This document shows, one piece after another, positions 1 through 9,968 of a DNA stretch of 64,000 nt (position 1 is its first letter; every line of letters starts with the position of its first letter). The DNA comes from an uncultured bacterium (lineage in GTDB: Bacteria > Patescibacteriota > Minisyncoccia > Phycocordibacterales > CAIZLB01). The notes beneath the pieces are model-generated. The model had not been told where the DNA came from and did no database searches. It saw only the letters and a program-made list of their open reading frames with translations. Location: assembly GCA_903848795.1 (NCBI GenBank), contig CAINHC010000021.1, positions 11,309 to 75,308 of the forward strand, read 5' to 3'. A program made the position numbers and the translations under genes.

Positions 1-293
1 CTCCCTCTGTTTTCGACCCCTCCGATTAGGATAAAAACACCCGCAGTCCCTATCTTTTTATTCATATTAGTCAAACCCATAAAACCAATAGCGATATTAT
101 CAGATAGAATTGTAAAAAATTTCTTTACCCCATCCTTCTTTTTTGCCTCATAAGTATTAAACCATTCATTTTGTGAATCCTCTGTGATAATTATATTTCG
201 CTTATTCACACTACAAAAAGCAGCCCTGTTGCTGTTTAGCCACTTAACGCGTAGTGAAATATCTTCTCTCAAATGTGAGCGAAATGTGGTCAT
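1..293 (-). CDS. GNAT-family N-acetyltransferase (RimJ/RimL-like), 5' part; runs off the window start
   Basis: Minus-strand translation from the ATG at complement(291..293) gives MTTFRSHLREDISLRVKWLNSNRAAF...IAIGFMGLTNMNKKIGTAGVFILIG, a typical GNAT N-terminus. Absent from the ORF track because it is partial. Confidence 0.5.
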   Translation of the reverse strand, partial: MTTFRSHLREDISLRVKWLNSNRAAFCSVNKRNIIITEDSQNEWFNTYEAKKKDGVKKFFTILSDNIAIGFMGLTNMNKKIGTAGVFILIGGVENRG

Positions 294-363
294 TATATGA
301 TTATGTACTTATATGTAGTTTAAGCAATTAATATAGTGTTTGAACACATCTTTATGATTAAAG

Positions 364-1515
364 GTGGATTTAACATTGATAATACTGTATGATTTGCCCA
401 TAATGTTATATAGAACCAAATCACCAGTTAAAAAGTCAAAGCAACCCGTGTTAGAAGCACCAAAGAGACCCTCACCGGCTGAAGACTTACCTATTTTACT
501 TAAATTTACCTTAATTCCAGGCCTTAAGTCTATTGTACTAGATGAAATATCAAAATACAGTGAATTAAAGATTACTGAGGCTGGAGAAGATAAAGTTTAT
601 CTTGATTTTATTCCTGATTTCAAAAATATTTTGGCAATGCGAAGTATTACAAACGCTTACATCACAAAGCGTGGTGCAAAATTTAATCCATATTTTATAT
701 GCAATCACAAATCTATTATCGGTGATTTGATTAAAATTGTAATCGGGGAAACAAAAAATATTTTTAAAAGTTTCAAACTACGATGTGCAGGATCTGATTC
801 TAAAGAGGTAAAGGAAATTCAAAGTTATATAGTTAGTACATTCAAACTTAGAGAATCCGAGGATGCAGATTTGGAAATTTATATTAGTAAGCCAAGCGAG
901 CTCTGGGAAATTAGCGTTAGACTCACTCCAAGACCGCTATCTCTCCGAAGTTATAGAGTTGCAAATATTAAAGGAGGACTTAATCCAACTGTTGCCTATG
1001 CGATGAATACTTATCTGGATTTAAGCGGGGAAAAATGCGGGGAAAAATCATATCTCAATGTCTTTTCTGGAAGTGGAACACTCTTAATTGAAGCGGGACT
1101 CTCTAATCCAAACCTTAAGCTTATTGGCTTTGACATAGACGGTAAAAGTAATGCTCTAGCAATACAAAATATTAAAAAAGCCGGTCTTATTAAACAGATT
1201 CATCTGAAGACGGCAGATATTTACGATAAACCACATCTTGGAAAATTTGACATGATTGTGTCGGACCTACCATTTGGTATGCAAATTTCAAGCAAAGAAA
1301 ATTTGGACAATTTATATCAGAAATTTGTCACATATTGCGAAGAGACATTAAATGAAAATGGCGGACTTGTCGCCTATACTACAGAATATAGAATATTAGA
1401 AAACGCCCTAATATCGTCCAAATTTGAAATAATCAAAACCACTGATTTGGTAATTTCAACCGCAGTCGTCAATACATATCTGTATCCGAGAATTTTTGTT
1501 TGCAAACTTAAGTAG
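364..1515 (+). CDS. THUMP-domain RNA (guanine-N2) methyltransferase (Trm14/RlmL-like)
   Basis: SAM motif I VFSGSGTLLIEAG and motif IV DLPFG (D/N-PP-F/Y class), with an N-terminal THUMP-like region. Confidence 0.6.
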   Translation: MDLTLIILYDLPIMLYRTKSPVKKSKQPVLEAPKRPSPAEDLPILLKFTLIPGLKSIVLDEISKYSELKITEAGEDKVYLDFIPDFKNILAMRSITNAYITKRGAKFNPYFICNHKSIIGDLIKIVIGETKNIFKSFKLRCAGSDSKEVKEIQSYIVSTFKLRESEDADLEIYISKPSELWEISVRLTPRPLSLRSYRVANIKGGLNPTVAYAMNTYLDLSGEKCGEKSYLNVFSGSGTLLIEAGLSNPNLKLIGFDIDGKSNALAIQNIKKAGLIKQIHLKTADIYDKPHLGKFDMIVSDLPFGMQISSKENLDNLYQKFVTYCEETLNENGGLVAYTTEYRILENALISSKFEIIKTTDLVISTAVVNTYLYPRIFVCKLK

Positions 1516-1562
1516 CAAAAAATATAGACACAGCTCGCACGCGTGTTTTGGCGCGATCAATT

Positions 1563-2348
1563 TTAGAGAAGCTCTTTAATTATTTCTTTCGTTTGCTCTT
1601 TTCCAGAAACATTAACGCAATCAACCCCATCCTCCTTTACAGAATAATCATTTCCGTTTGGAACAACTTCATCACCGATAAATAGCATTCTCTCCAGTGG
1701 TATATTTAGAAAATCACGAAGCTTGTTTACACCGTATGCTTTATTCACTCCTTTAATTGTAACATCAACTGATGTTAAACCACCCATGGAAACATCAAAA
1801 AGAGGGATTTTATCCTTTAAAATATTAACAATAGCTTGACGCTTACTTTTATCTGGATCCCACGCCTTCTTTAGTTCAAGTGGTGCTTGTTGACCAAGGG
1901 CTGAGAAGGTTATTTGCGACTCCCGATCTTCTACTCTCTCGCCAAAAACATGTTCTGGCAAAATAAACCCAGTCTCAACCCAAGCCTCCTCAATACACTT
2001 AATGATATTCTTCCTATCCTCAGGGGAAATATTTTCAGAATAGCCTTCATGCCACCCTGCAGAAAGTTCTGCACTATTTTTTTCAATTCCTCTATCTTTC
2101 CATGCGTACATTCTCGTTCCTGTTGTTGGTAGCAAGAATAAATTTTTAAGCAACTCAGTACTTGCCGGCAAATTACTTAGAAACTGTTTTTCAAATTGAA
2201 TAAACATTCCTCCAGAAATAACTGCTACTTTTCTCTTTTTCAAAAGTTCAATAATCAAATCTGCCATATCATTATCAAGTGGAGACTTGCTATCAGCGAG
2301 AGTTCCATCGAGATCGAATATGATAAGTTCTTTTTCTTGGTAGTTCAT
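1563..2348 (-). CDS. Phosphomannomutase, eukaryotic-type (HAD-IIB, PMM family)
   Basis: LIIFDLDGTLADSKSPL...KVAVISGG...FIGDEVVPNGNDYSV aligns with PMM1/2 (LCLFDVDGTLT...IGVVGGSD...FFGDKTMPGGNDHEI). Confidence 0.65.
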   Translation of the reverse strand: MNYQEKELIIFDLDGTLADSKSPLDNDMADLIIELLKKRKVAVISGGMFIQFEKQFLSNLPASTELLKNLFLLPTTGTRMYAWKDRGIEKNSAELSAGWHEGYSENISPEDRKNIIKCIEEAWVETGFILPEHVFGERVEDRESQITFSALGQQAPLELKKAWDPDKSKRQAIVNILKDKIPLFDVSMGGLTSVDVTIKGVNKAYGVNKLRDFLNIPLERMLFIGDEVVPNGNDYSVKEDGVDCVNVSGKEQTKEIIKELL

Positions 2349-2407
2349 GTTGTTTTGTTAATTTGATTTTTTGTTAATTTTTTTTGATTCGCTTTGGGTA
2401 TTTTAAT

Positions 2408-4315
2408 CTATAATCTTAATTTGTTTAATAAATCTTCTAATTTAATTGTAGCAACTCCCGTCACACTATCACCTGCTCCATAATATATATAGGCTCGGTC
2501 TTCTCTCATAACCAAACTACATGGAAATACCACCTTAGGAACTAATCCATTCACCTCATAAGGTGCCTCTGGTTCAAAAATCGGAGCAGCAGTCTTTGCT
2601 TTTACAACTGTTGGGTTTTCTAGGTCAAGTAAAAGCGCACCGACTCTATATGTCTTATTTTTGGAAATTCCGTGGTACAAAATCAGCCAGCCTTCAGCGG
2701 TTTTGAGTGGTGGACCAGCGATACCAATTTTAACACCATCCCACATACCAGGTTCGGGGTTTAGTATATCTATACACTTTGTAATTTTTTCTTTTGTAAA
2801 ATCAAGAGTTTCGACAAAGTCAGCACAAATACTATTATCAACTCTATGAATTATCATGTACTTTCCGTGTATCTTTTCTGGGAAAATAACTGCGTCTTTG
2901 ATGGGAATATTTGGCGGGGTAATTACATTTGGCATTGACCATTGTTCCCATTTTCTAGCAAGAAAATCATCGACGGAAATTGAACTCACTGCAACTCTTG
3001 GAGTTATGCCGTTATAGGCAGTGTAAGTCATGTATATAATATCTCCAATTCTAATTAAACGTGGGTCTTCACATCCATAATTATTATTTGCTCCATCATC
3101 TCTTTTTTCAAAATCAGCACGAGGAGTATATATTGGCATTTTTGGACGCTCATCGATTTTTAGTCCATCCTTACTATACGCATACCCCAGGACAGAAACA
3201 TTTCCAGCAGAGGCCGCACGATAGATAATGTGAGTCTCGCCATTCAAGTTAATCACCGCAGGATTTATTGTACCACCAGCTTCCCATGCCACCCCATCAC
3301 GAGGAGAAAGTATTGGGTTGCCTGCAAATCTCTTGAATTTATGCTCAAGCATTGAGTCAGTCATTAGACTCAATAAGTTTTCTAAATTAACAAAAGCAAC
3401 AGCGCAATGTGTATCAGCTCCCCCGTAATATATTTCCAATCGACCGCCCTTAACTAGAGTTCCTGTTGGAAATATAATATTGGAAACATGACCAGTCTTT
3501 TCGTAATACGTACTTGGAACCATAAATGGACCATTTGTCCTTCCAATAATTCTTCTTGGATTTTCCAAATCAAGTAATACTGCTTCAACTCCAAATATTG
3601 GATTCTGAGTTGAATAGTCTTGAATGTGGGAATATATAACAAGCCAGCCCTTTTCTGTCTTAAGTGGCGGGGTTCCCATCTCAACCTGATCACTATCTTT
3701 TCTTCGTAGATTTATTTTATGCTGGTCTCCTTCCTTCAGCCAATCATGCCATTTTTGGTCATTCCACAGATCTTCAGGCTTATCAAATTCTACATAACAA
3801 ATATCAGCTGGCCATTTGTCAGTGTTAATCGTGACGAGTCCTGCGATTTTGCCATTTATTTTCTCTGAGAACAAAGCCATTGCCTTTGCATTAAAAGGTG
3901 TAACTAAATGTTTCTCTTTAACAGTATTCAAATCATCACTTAAAGCGACTGCCACTTTTATATTATCAGCTGAGAAAGGATAGCCACCGAGCGCGGTGTA
4001 GAATGTATAATATACGCCATCAATTTTTGTTATTCTTGGATCTTCACACCCATATTTGTCATAGTCTTCACTTGGGCCAAAAAATTGTCTACGATTTTCA
4101 AAATTAATTCCATCTATCGATTCGGCAATACCAATAACAGAAGTACTTATGTGAGGCTCCATCAAATGATCTGGTTCAGACATCGCTCTATAAACAATGT
4201 GAGTCTTTTCACCTGAGACAATCGGACAACCATTAAAAGAAGAGTGGGCTTCCCATGGATGTTCCTGAATGGGTGAAAGTATTGGATTATGTTCTAGTCT
4301 ATTTAGTGTAAACAT
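2408..4315 (-). CDS. Tandem double-domain GH130 (beta-mannoside phosphorylase/hydrolase family) protein
   Basis: Two ~300-aa halves, each with the GH130 GCEDPR motif followed by a YxTYTA block (GCEDPRITKIDGVYYTFYTA and GCEDPRLIRIGDIIYMTYTAYNG). Confidence 0.7.
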   Translation of the reverse strand: MFTLNRLEHNPILSPIQEHPWEAHSSFNGCPIVSGEKTHIVYRAMSEPDHLMEPHISTSVIGIAESIDGINFENRRQFFGPSEDYDKYGCEDPRITKIDGVYYTFYTALGGYPFSADNIKVAVALSDDLNTVKEKHLVTPFNAKAMALFSEKINGKIAGLVTINTDKWPADICYVEFDKPEDLWNDQKWHDWLKEGDQHKINLRRKDSDQVEMGTPPLKTEKGWLVIYSHIQDYSTQNPIFGVEAVLLDLENPRRIIGRTNGPFMVPSTYYEKTGHVSNIIFPTGTLVKGGRLEIYYGGADTHCAVAFVNLENLLSLMTDSMLEHKFKRFAGNPILSPRDGVAWEAGGTINPAVINLNGETHIIYRAASAGNVSVLGYAYSKDGLKIDERPKMPIYTPRADFEKRDDGANNNYGCEDPRLIRIGDIIYMTYTAYNGITPRVAVSSISVDDFLARKWEQWSMPNVITPPNIPIKDAVIFPEKIHGKYMIIHRVDNSICADFVETLDFTKEKITKCIDILNPEPGMWDGVKIGIAGPPLKTAEGWLILYHGISKNKTYRVGALLLDLENPTVVKAKTAAPIFEPEAPYEVNGLVPKVVFPCSLVMREDRAYIYYGAGDSVTGVATIKLEDLLNKLRL

Positions 4316-4380
4316 TTGATTTTTATTTTTCGAAATTTTTATATTTTAACTTTTGGATTCTGACACAATTTTTAAAAATA

Positions 4381-5517
4381 TTAATTGGTTTTGCCATATT
4401 TTTTAAGCCAAGCTAATAAAGGCTTTAATGGGGTCTTGGCAACACAAACAGTTTTGTCTCCCCCACCATAATAAACATACAAATCATCATCCAAAACCAA
4501 AGCTCCAGAGGCATATACAACTCCAGGCTTTCCATCATTTTCATAGTGTGCATCAGGCTCAAGTATTGGATAAATAGATCTGTAAAGAATAACACTTGGA
4601 TCCTTCAAGTCTAGTATCATACATCCAACCTTGTATTTGTTAGGATCCTTTTTATCCATCGCATGATAAAGCAAGAGCCAGCCTAACTTTGTCTTCACTG
4701 GAGGAGAGCCAGCTCCTCGCATCCAATTATCCCATTTATCTTCTCGTCCGCCAGATGGAGCCTTACTCTTTATAAATTCATCGCTCTTAATATAATTAAT
4801 ATCATCAACGTAACTTATTTGTACCTTTGGAGAGACACTGTGAAGTATTGCCATCTTTCCATTTATTTTTTCTGGAAATAAAACCCAATTTTTATTTACC
4901 TCGGTGATAGAGGAAATAAACTTCGGCTTTTTCCAATTCCATTTTCCAGCTTTTAAATCTTCCATTGAAATGGAAGTGAGAGCTATTCTAACCGACTGCC
5001 ATCCTTCAAAAGCGGTGTAAGTCATGTAAACTCTTCCATCCATCACAATGGCACGAGGATCCTCACATCCTCCCCAACTACCGCCAGAACTGTAAATATC
5101 TGTATCGTAATATTTTGGACCGCTAACAACATCTCTTTCTCCGGACTCTTTCAAAATATCATATGAAGGCGGAGTACAAAAAACATAAACAGGATATGGA
5201 GTTTTTGTTGGAAAATTTACTCCATCCATACTTTTTGCATGACCTATACGAGATATACCATCGTCACCTATTGCTCTGTAGAATAGGTGGACAAAACCCT
5301 CATCGTCCTTTATAGCAGCTGGATTAAAAGTTCCGACAGTTTCCCATCCACTATATGGCTTTGGTTGAATTATTGGATTGTTTTCATATCTAATCAAAGC
5401 GAAACGATCTGGTACAACTCTCTTTTTATAAAGATTGACTAGGTGTTTGATGAAATAAACAACACAAACTACCAACCCAACTGATAGAGTAATTAAGATT
5501 AATAAGTTTAAGGTCAT
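4381..5517 (-). CDS. Membrane-anchored single-domain GH130 family protein
   Basis: N-terminal TM helix, then GGCEDPRAIVMDGRVYMTYTAFEGW. Its start overlaps the stop of the upstream cupin gene by 1 nt, consistent with an operon. Confidence 0.7.
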   Translation of the reverse strand: MTLNLLILITLSVGLVVCVVYFIKHLVNLYKKRVVPDRFALIRYENNPIIQPKPYSGWETVGTFNPAAIKDDEGFVHLFYRAIGDDGISRIGHAKSMDGVNFPTKTPYPVYVFCTPPSYDILKESGERDVVSGPKYYDTDIYSSGGSWGGCEDPRAIVMDGRVYMTYTAFEGWQSVRIALTSISMEDLKAGKWNWKKPKFISSITEVNKNWVLFPEKINGKMAILHSVSPKVQISYVDDINYIKSDEFIKSKAPSGGREDKWDNWMRGAGSPPVKTKLGWLLLYHAMDKKDPNKYKVGCMILDLKDPSVILYRSIYPILEPDAHYENDGKPGVVYASGALVLDDDLYVYYGGGDKTVCVAKTPLKPLLAWLKKYGKTN

Positions 5518-5885
5518 TATTTTATTTGACTAGGTCTGTTATATTTATCTTCGACACGGACAATATCATTTTCATTAAAATTGCCGTACGCTATTTCTAA
5601 TAAAACCACATCTTCACTTCCCGCCTCTATTCTATGCAAACTCTTGCGAGGTACAAAGTAATCTTCTCCAGCTACGACATCTTTTCTTGCACCTCCAACT
5701 GTTGCGACACCATTACCAGAAATTATTCTCCAAAACTCATCTCTATCGTCGTGATATTGCAAACTAAAGGCCTGGCCTTTCTCAACTGTAATTATTTTTA
5801 CAGTACAAGGCTGGTTTTTTACAAATTCTACAAAATTACCCCATGGTCTGCTTTCTTGATACGGTTTTGAAGGGTTTTGTTCCAT
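5517..5885 (-). CDS. Cupin-domain protein, mannose-6-phosphate isomerase type II C-terminal-like
   Basis: Cupin_2 core GQAFSLQYHDDRDEFWRIISGNGVATVGG, co-transcribed upstream of the GH130 genes. Confidence 0.55.
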   Translation of the reverse strand: MEQNPSKPYQESRPWGNFVEFVKNQPCTVKIITVEKGQAFSLQYHDDRDEFWRIISGNGVATVGGARKDVVAGEDYFVPRKSLHRIEAGSEDVVLLEIAYGNFNENDIVRVEDKYNRPSQIK

Positions 5886-6196
5886 AGTGTTAGATAAAAA
5901 TTGTGTTAAATTTATGGATTAATTATAGCACACCACCCTGCACTCGAGGTCAAAAGTTATCCACTTATTTGAGTCTTATTTGAATGGGTTGGCTAACCTC
6001 ATTTATCTTAATTTTCTTTAACAGTACACTCTTTCAAATATTTATCAGCGGATTCTGCATTCATGATTTTTATACTCTTTTGGTATCCAAAGTACTCCAT
6101 AATTAGTTTCTGTTCCTCTGTCACATCTCATGTGAATACGTCTATCGCAGTTTTTGGGGATTTCTATTATAGCTTTGTAGTTCATGTTTTTTCAGC

Positions 6197-7420
6197 CTAT
6201 ATGGATTTAATATTGAAGTAACTCGATGAATTCACCGGTGCGGTATTATCTGTTTTGTTTTTAAAATACAAAGCATATCCATCAGCCTGATGGATATTAG
6301 CAGGAACCTTAAATGTTATATTCTTTGTCTTTGAATCAACAAAACCAAGAAATACAGAGCTATAGTTTTCCGTTAGTGAAGGTGTTATTTTATTTAATTC
6401 ATTATACAAGAAAACATTATAGTCTGCAGATGGCAAATCATAATTACTCCAGGTCATGTTATAAGTTTGTCCAGGTCGCAGTACAGCAAAAGGTCCCATC
6501 GAAAATTTAATCGAAACAACATCCGTTGATGAGGCTGTGGTAGAAGTTGCATTAGTTCCAGATGACGGAGCTGGTGGAACAACATTCACTGGATTAGTTG
6601 TAGCTGGTCCAGCCTTTATCTCAAAATCTCTTGACGATGACACCGGAACATTATTATCAGACTTGTTTTTAAAGTACAAGCCATAATCAGTATTGGGATG
6701 CATATTAGCAGGAATCTTAAATACAAGATTCTTTGTTTTTGCATCAACGTACCCTAGGAATACAGAGCTATAGTTTTCCGTTAGTGAAGGTTTTATTTCA
6801 TTAGATGGACTATATAAGAAAATATTATAATTTGCAGAAGGTGCGTCGTAATTACTCCAAGTTACACTATAAGTCTGTCCTGCCAGTAGTACCTTGGGTA
6901 ACTTTGAATATGTAAGTGGTATAGCGTCTGTTAATGAAGCGGTGGATATTGATGCAGAATCTGTAGATCCGGCTGATGGCGCCTGTAGGAAGACAACATT
7001 TGTGGGAGTGGAAGTCGGAGTAGTTGTTCCAGCTAATGAATAGTTTGTTGAGGTAGCTACCGGACCAGTTGTTGCCTCAGCGCAATCAATTTGCTTAATC
7101 TTCGCTCTTGTTAATGAACCAACATATCCAGTTGGAGAAATATTATTATCCTTCTGGAAAGCCTTAACAGCAATAAGGGTCGCACGGCCAAAGAATCCGG
7201 TTGGTTGCGCAGTTAAATAATTTTTAGTATTTAAAAAATCTTGCAAAATAGAAATGTCAGTAGCCCCACTTGAATCTCTAGTTCCATATTTAAGATTATT
7301 ATTAATGATCGCACAAGCCTGAGAGCCTGTTGGATCAACGTCGCTCTGCTGTGCAAATATTAATGAAGGAGTTAATAAAAGCACCAACACCAAAACACTA
7401 TACAAAATACTTTTTTTCAT
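6197..7420 (-). CDS. Secreted protein with N-terminal peptidoglycan-binding (PG_binding_1) domain and two internal ~95-aa tandem repeats
   Basis: Signal peptide; PG-binding motif ILQDFLNTKNYL...GFFGRATLIAVKAFQ...GYVG; two repeats sharing ...TWSNYD.PSA.YN.FLY...PSLTENYSSVFLG.VD.KTKN..FK.PAN... Confidence 0.6.
   Translation of the reverse strand: MKKSILYSVLVLVLLLTPSLIFAQQSDVDPTGSQACAIINNNLKYGTRDSSGATDISILQDFLNTKNYLTAQPTGFFGRATLIAVKAFQKDNNISPTGYVGSLTRAKIKQIDCAEATTGPVATSTNYSLAGTTTPTSTPTNVVFLQAPSAGSTDSASISTASLTDAIPLTYSKLPKVLLAGQTYSVTWSNYDAPSANYNIFLYSPSNEIKPSLTENYSSVFLGYVDAKTKNLVFKIPANMHPNTDYGLYFKNKSDNNVPVSSSRDFEIKAGPATTNPVNVVPPAPSSGTNATSTTASSTDVVSIKFSMGPFAVLRPGQTYNMTWSNYDLPSADYNVFLYNELNKITPSLTENYSSVFLGFVDSKTKNITFKVPANIHQADGYALYFKNKTDNTAPVNSSSYFNIKSI
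6215..6905. repeat. Intragenic tandem duplication, two ~290-nt copies at ~80% nucleotide identity
   Basis: Near-identical 45-nt stretches share a common core (...atcaac...aatacagagctatagttttccgttagtgaagg...) at 6345-6390 and 6746-6790; they encode the two protein repeats. Confidence 0.7.
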
Positions 7421-7448
7421 GAATTTTATAAATTTAATTCTTAATGGA

Positions 7449-8036
7449 TTAATTATACAACACCATCTCCGTTATTTCCAACATCTCTCCATCTGACCCC
7501 TTAAATCTTTCATCAAAGGTCTTTTTACCAGTTTCAACAAAACCTTGTTTTTTATAAAAGCCCACCCCTCGGGAGTTAAGGGAAAATACATCTAAATACG
7601 TATCTTTGTTTTTATCCAACAAACCGTGTGCTTTATCATACAATTCTTTAGCAAGCCCTTGACCCTTGAATTCTGGCATGACATACAAAGCCTCTATTGT
7701 ATTTTTATCTTCATGTTTTTCAGCAAAACAACATCCGACAACTTTTTCTTCATCTTTCCCATCGTTGTCATTAGTCATTTTTGCGACCATAAGAATATTA
7801 TCATCCGTAAAATTAGCAATGCCTTTTTCCAACCCCTCGGCTGCCTTTTGTGCTTTTTCTGGAGGAAAATGATTATTTATCTCCTCCTCCGACCAACCGC
7901 AAAGTTTGTACATCCCTTTGGATGATTCAATTGTTAATGATTGGATACCATAGGCGTCGGAAGGGATAGCTTTTGATATTTTGACGTTGTTCATTTTATA
8001 TCTATTTATTAAGCGCATTCCTTGTTGCTGGACCAA
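7449..8036 (-). CDS. GNAT-family N-acetyltransferase
   Basis: Acetyl-CoA-binding region VMPEFKGQGLAKELYDKA...RGVGFYKKQGFVETG. The start overlaps the upstream gene, so the true start is probably an internal Met. Confidence 0.6.
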   Translation of the reverse strand: MVQQQGMRLINRYKMNNVKISKAIPSDAYGIQSLTIESSKGMYKLCGWSEEEINNHFPPEKAQKAAEGLEKGIANFTDDNILMVAKMTNDNDGKDEEKVVGCCFAEKHEDKNTIEALYVMPEFKGQGLAKELYDKAHGLLDKNKDTYLDVFSLNSRGVGFYKKQGFVETGKKTFDERFKGSDGEMLEITEMVLYN

Positions 8037-9255
8037 GCGCTCCTGTTTGTGTAAGCTTCTTCGCCTTTTGGAATTTCTTTACTGCGGTTTCAGTAAGTGG
8101 ACCAAACTTTCCATTAATAGGGCCGGTATAAAAATCTAGCTTCTTAAGTGTAGTTTGCAACTCAGTAACTTCCTTGCCAGTTGAACCACTCTTAATTGAA
8201 GTTGAGAATTTATATTTGGTTGCAGATACGGTTGTATTGGATGATTCCACTGATGTATTAACTACGGGATTTGCGACAACAGTGTTAGGAGTAGAAACTA
8301 CAGCAGGTGTGGGTACAGGAGTTGAAACCTGAGAAATATTATTTTGATCTAAAATTAAACTCATCTGTGCCGTTCTTCCATTAAAGTCATTCAACGCCAA
8401 AACTACTGGAATTGTTGATCCTTCATTCCCTGTCACAATATAACTTGAAGTATAAGGACTACTACCAGAAACACCAATTCTCTTTCCAGCAAAAGAAGCC
8501 CACGCAGTATTCACTTGATTTGGCTGATTTGCGCTGAAGCTAAGGGAGATGGTCGAACCAGGACTTAAAAAATTTCCGTTGACATTACTTGATGAAAGAG
8601 TAAATGACGAGAATGATATAGCGGGACTGTTGTTTGTATTTGTTTGATTAACTGCACCTGTATTAACAACTACAATTACTAAGTTTGAACACTGACCATC
8701 ACTTTCACAAACATTAAGAGTTGCACCACCAAAAGCATTAGCGTAGATGTTAACATTATTTCCATTTATTGTTGCTGCTACCACACTACTATTTGAATTA
8801 CTTGCTATACCATAGCCCCCATTGCCATTAAGCCCAATTGATAGACTTTGACCAACATTAAGAGTTATATTGTTTTGACTGAAAATCGGATAACCATTTG
8901 TGGTTGTGTTCGTTGAACATGTACTATTACCACTTGCTGACCATGGAATCATCAGGGATTGCTGATTGTTTACAATGACGTACGCTGTTTGATTACAACC
9001 CGCGAGATTGTGCGTATTTGAACCAAAGGTCGTAGAAAAATTACCATTCTGATCTGTCGAACCAACGTAAGCAGACGATCCTCCAAAATGAAGATCGATG
9101 AGCGAGTTGGGATCTCCATAAACTGTTATCTTGCTCATTGTATTATCCACTGGGCTCAGGGACAATGTTGGAATAACGGATGCATTTGCCTTGGAAGCAA
9201 GCAAAAAAAGTATTCCAAAAAGTACCAATAATAAATTATTTTTAATAGTTTTCAT
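8002..9255 (-). CDS. Secreted Asn/Ser/Thr-rich surface protein with C-terminal peptidoglycan-binding domain
   Basis: Signal peptide MKTIKNNLLLVLFGILFLLASKANA; low-complexity N/S/T-rich body; C-terminal PG_binding_1 motif (TELQTTLKKLDFYTGPINGKFGPLTETAVKKFQ...TGALG). Confidence 0.55.
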   Translation of the reverse strand: MKTIKNNLLLVLFGILFLLASKANASVIPTLSLSPVDNTMSKITVYGDPNSLIDLHFGGSSAYVGSTDQNGNFSTTFGSNTHNLAGCNQTAYVIVNNQQSLMIPWSASGNSTCSTNTTTNGYPIFSQNNITLNVGQSLSIGLNGNGGYGIASNSNSSVVAATINGNNVNIYANAFGGATLNVCESDGQCSNLVIVVVNTGAVNQTNTNNSPAISFSSFTLSSSNVNGNFLSPGSTISLSFSANQPNQVNTAWASFAGKRIGVSGSSPYTSSYIVTGNEGSTIPVVLALNDFNGRTAQMSLILDQNNISQVSTPVPTPAVVSTPNTVVANPVVNTSVESSNTTVSATKYKFSTSIKSGSTGKEVTELQTTLKKLDFYTGPINGKFGPLTETAVKKFQKAKKLTQTGALGPATRNALNK

Positions 9256-9348
9256 TTTGTAGTTGTTGTAGTTGTAATATATTGAATAATGAGTTTATTA
9301 TACCATTATTTAGTGATTATTCTCAATTACTTACTCTACCAATAATAT

Positions 9349-9873
9349 ATGTCTTTCTTCTTAAACAATGCTAGAATAGCATTCATGATATTAACCACGC
9401 ACGCATCTGTAGGAGCAACACTCGCTGTCCTTATACCCAGCAACCCGATTTTGGGTTTTGCAATAGGCTTTGGAAGTCACTTCATTTTAGACTCAATTCC
9501 CCATTGGGATTACAAATTACGAAGTAGTAAAAGAAATAAACAAAAGCCACTTACCAACGACATTATTATCGGAAAAGATTTTTATATTGATTTAATAAAA
9601 ATAGGACTCGATGCACTACTGGGACTTGCGCTTCCTTTATTTTTCCTTGGATTTTTACAACATCAATTAATTCTAATGATTTTATGTGGAGCGATCGGTG
9701 GTATGACTCCAGACTTTTTGCAGTTCGTATATTTTAAATGGAGACACGAACCACTTATTAGTCTACAGAAATTTCATATCTCTATGCATGCAAAAACTGG
9801 TCTGAATGATAAACCACTTCTAGGTGTTTTATGTCAGACAGCGATTATTGTGATTGCATTTGCATTAGTTTAA
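9349..9873 (+). CDS. Integral membrane protein, possibly YdjM/DUF457-like metal-dependent hydrolase
   Basis: 3-4 predicted TM helices; SHFILDSIPHWDY resembles the DUF457 metal-binding motif. Weak call. Confidence 0.3.
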   Translation: MSFFLNNARIAFMILTTHASVGATLAVLIPSNPILGFAIGFGSHFILDSIPHWDYKLRSSKRNKQKPLTNDIIIGKDFYIDLIKIGLDALLGLALPLFFLGFLQHQLILMILCGAIGGMTPDFLQFVYFKWRHEPLISLQKFHISMHAKTGLNDKPLLGVLCQTAIIVIAFALV

Positions 9874-9968
9874 GATTTTAAGTTATTGATTGTGAATTAG
9901 GACACAGATTAAGCTACAATTATGCCGTATTTGCTTGTGGAGACGGGCCAGGGTGTTATACTTCAGAT

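Noticed and set aside
6060-6185. 46-aa minus-strand mini-ORF (MNYKAIIEIPKNCDRRIHMRCDRGTETNYGVLWIPKEYKNHECRIR) in the cupin/PG-protein intergenic region
   Set aside because: The Cys/His spacing hints at a zinc ribbon. It is too short, lacks any independent support, and has no clear promoter or terminator, so it is not called.
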